Part shown: positions 63,132-64,000 of the stretch, piece after piece
How the letters are laid out: each line of letters begins with the position of its first letter
How positions within the stretch are numbered: position 1 is the stretch's first letter
Assembly: GCA_002269645.1 (NCBI GenBank)
Contig: NIVC01001062.1
Location: forward strand, 62,001-126,000
Length of the DNA: 64,000 bases
Origin: Macrostomum lignano
Taxonomy: Eukaryota
Reading direction: 5' to 3'
Notes under the pieces: model-generated
Seen by the model: the letters and a program-made list of their open reading frames with translations, nothing else
What the model was told of the DNA's origin: nothing
Database searches by the model: none
Made by a program: the position numbers and the translations under genes

Positions 63132-64000
63132 CTCTCTCTCCTCACTCAGTCATTGAATCAGCCTCTCTGCTCCTCTCTCTCTCACTCAGTCATTGAATCA
63201 GCCTCTCTGCTCCTCTCACTCAGTCATTGACTCAGCCTCTCTGCTCCTCTCTCTCTCACTCAGTCATTGAATCAGCCTCTCTGCTCCTCTCACTCAGTCA
63301 TTGACTCAGCCTCTCTGCTCCTCTCACTCAGTCATTGAATCAGCCTCTCCGCTCTCTCTCTCTCTCACTCAGTCATTGAATCAGCCTCTCCGCTCTCTCT
63401 CTCTCTCTCACTCAGTCATTGAATCAGCCTCTCTGCTCTCCTCACTCAGTCATTGAATCAGCCTCTCTGCTCCTCTCACTCAGTCATTGAATCAGCCTCT
63501 CTGCTCTCCTCACTCAGTCATTGAATCAGCCTCTCCGCTCTCTCTCTCTCTCTCACTCAGTCATTGAATCAGCCTCTCTGCTCCTCTCACTCAGTCATTG
63601 AATCAGCCTCTCTGCTCTCCTCACTCAGTCATTGAATCAGCCTCTCTGCTCTCCTCACTCAGTCATTGAATCAGCCTCTCCGCTCTCTCTCTCACTCAGT
63701 CATTAACTCAGCCTCTCTGCTCCTCTCACTCAGTCATTGAATCAGCCTCTCTGCTCCTCTCACTCAGTCATTGACTCAGCCTCTCCGCTCTCCTCACTCA
63801 GTCATTGAATCAGCCTCTCCGCTCTCCTCACTCAGTCATTGAATCAGCCTCTCCGCTCTCTCTCACTCAGTCATTGAATCAGCTTCTCCGCTCTCCTCAC
63901 TCAGTCATTGAATCAGCTTCTCCGCTCTCCTCACTCAGTCATTGAATCAGCCTCTCCGCTCCCCTCACTCAGTCATTAAATCAGCCTCTCCGCTCCCCTC
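63132..64000. repeat. CACTCAGTCATTGAATCAGCCTCT(C/G)-(CT)n array running off the window end
   Basis: ~33-40-bp units whose length varies with the CT run. Confidence 0.96.

Overview
Eukaryotic (metazoan) genomic DNA. The compact or intronless genes, dense minisatellites and repeat style suggest a Macrostomum-type free-living flatworm; this is an inference. More than 25 tandem arrays generate most of the long ORFs in the track, and these are artefacts. Supported intact genes are: an intronless class A peptide-type GPCR with atypical signalling motifs (-), a METTL24-like type II membrane protein (+), a 5-exon copine (+; exons join to 592 aa), intronless VPS25 (+), LRRC28 (+; 3 exons, first exon uncertain) and a secreted PAN/apple + LamG-like protein (+). 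Pseudogenes are a second METTL24-like copy and a second PAN + LamG-like copy. The 15.6-25.6 kb interval is a nested transposon cluster: an RTE LINE remnant with two hairpin insertions, a Crypton-type tyrosine recombinase fragment, a LINE 5' end with an HDV-like ribozyme fold upstream of an APE endonuclease, and a Harbinger-like element containing a P/THAP9 fragment, an LTR with a dense MEF2/AP-1/CRE/FOX motif array and a MITE. A related LTR lies nearby in opposite orientation. Three hAT-type MITEs have perfect 8-bp TSDs. No tRNA, rRNA or CRISPR was recognised. No searches were run, so family assignments rest on recognised motifs.
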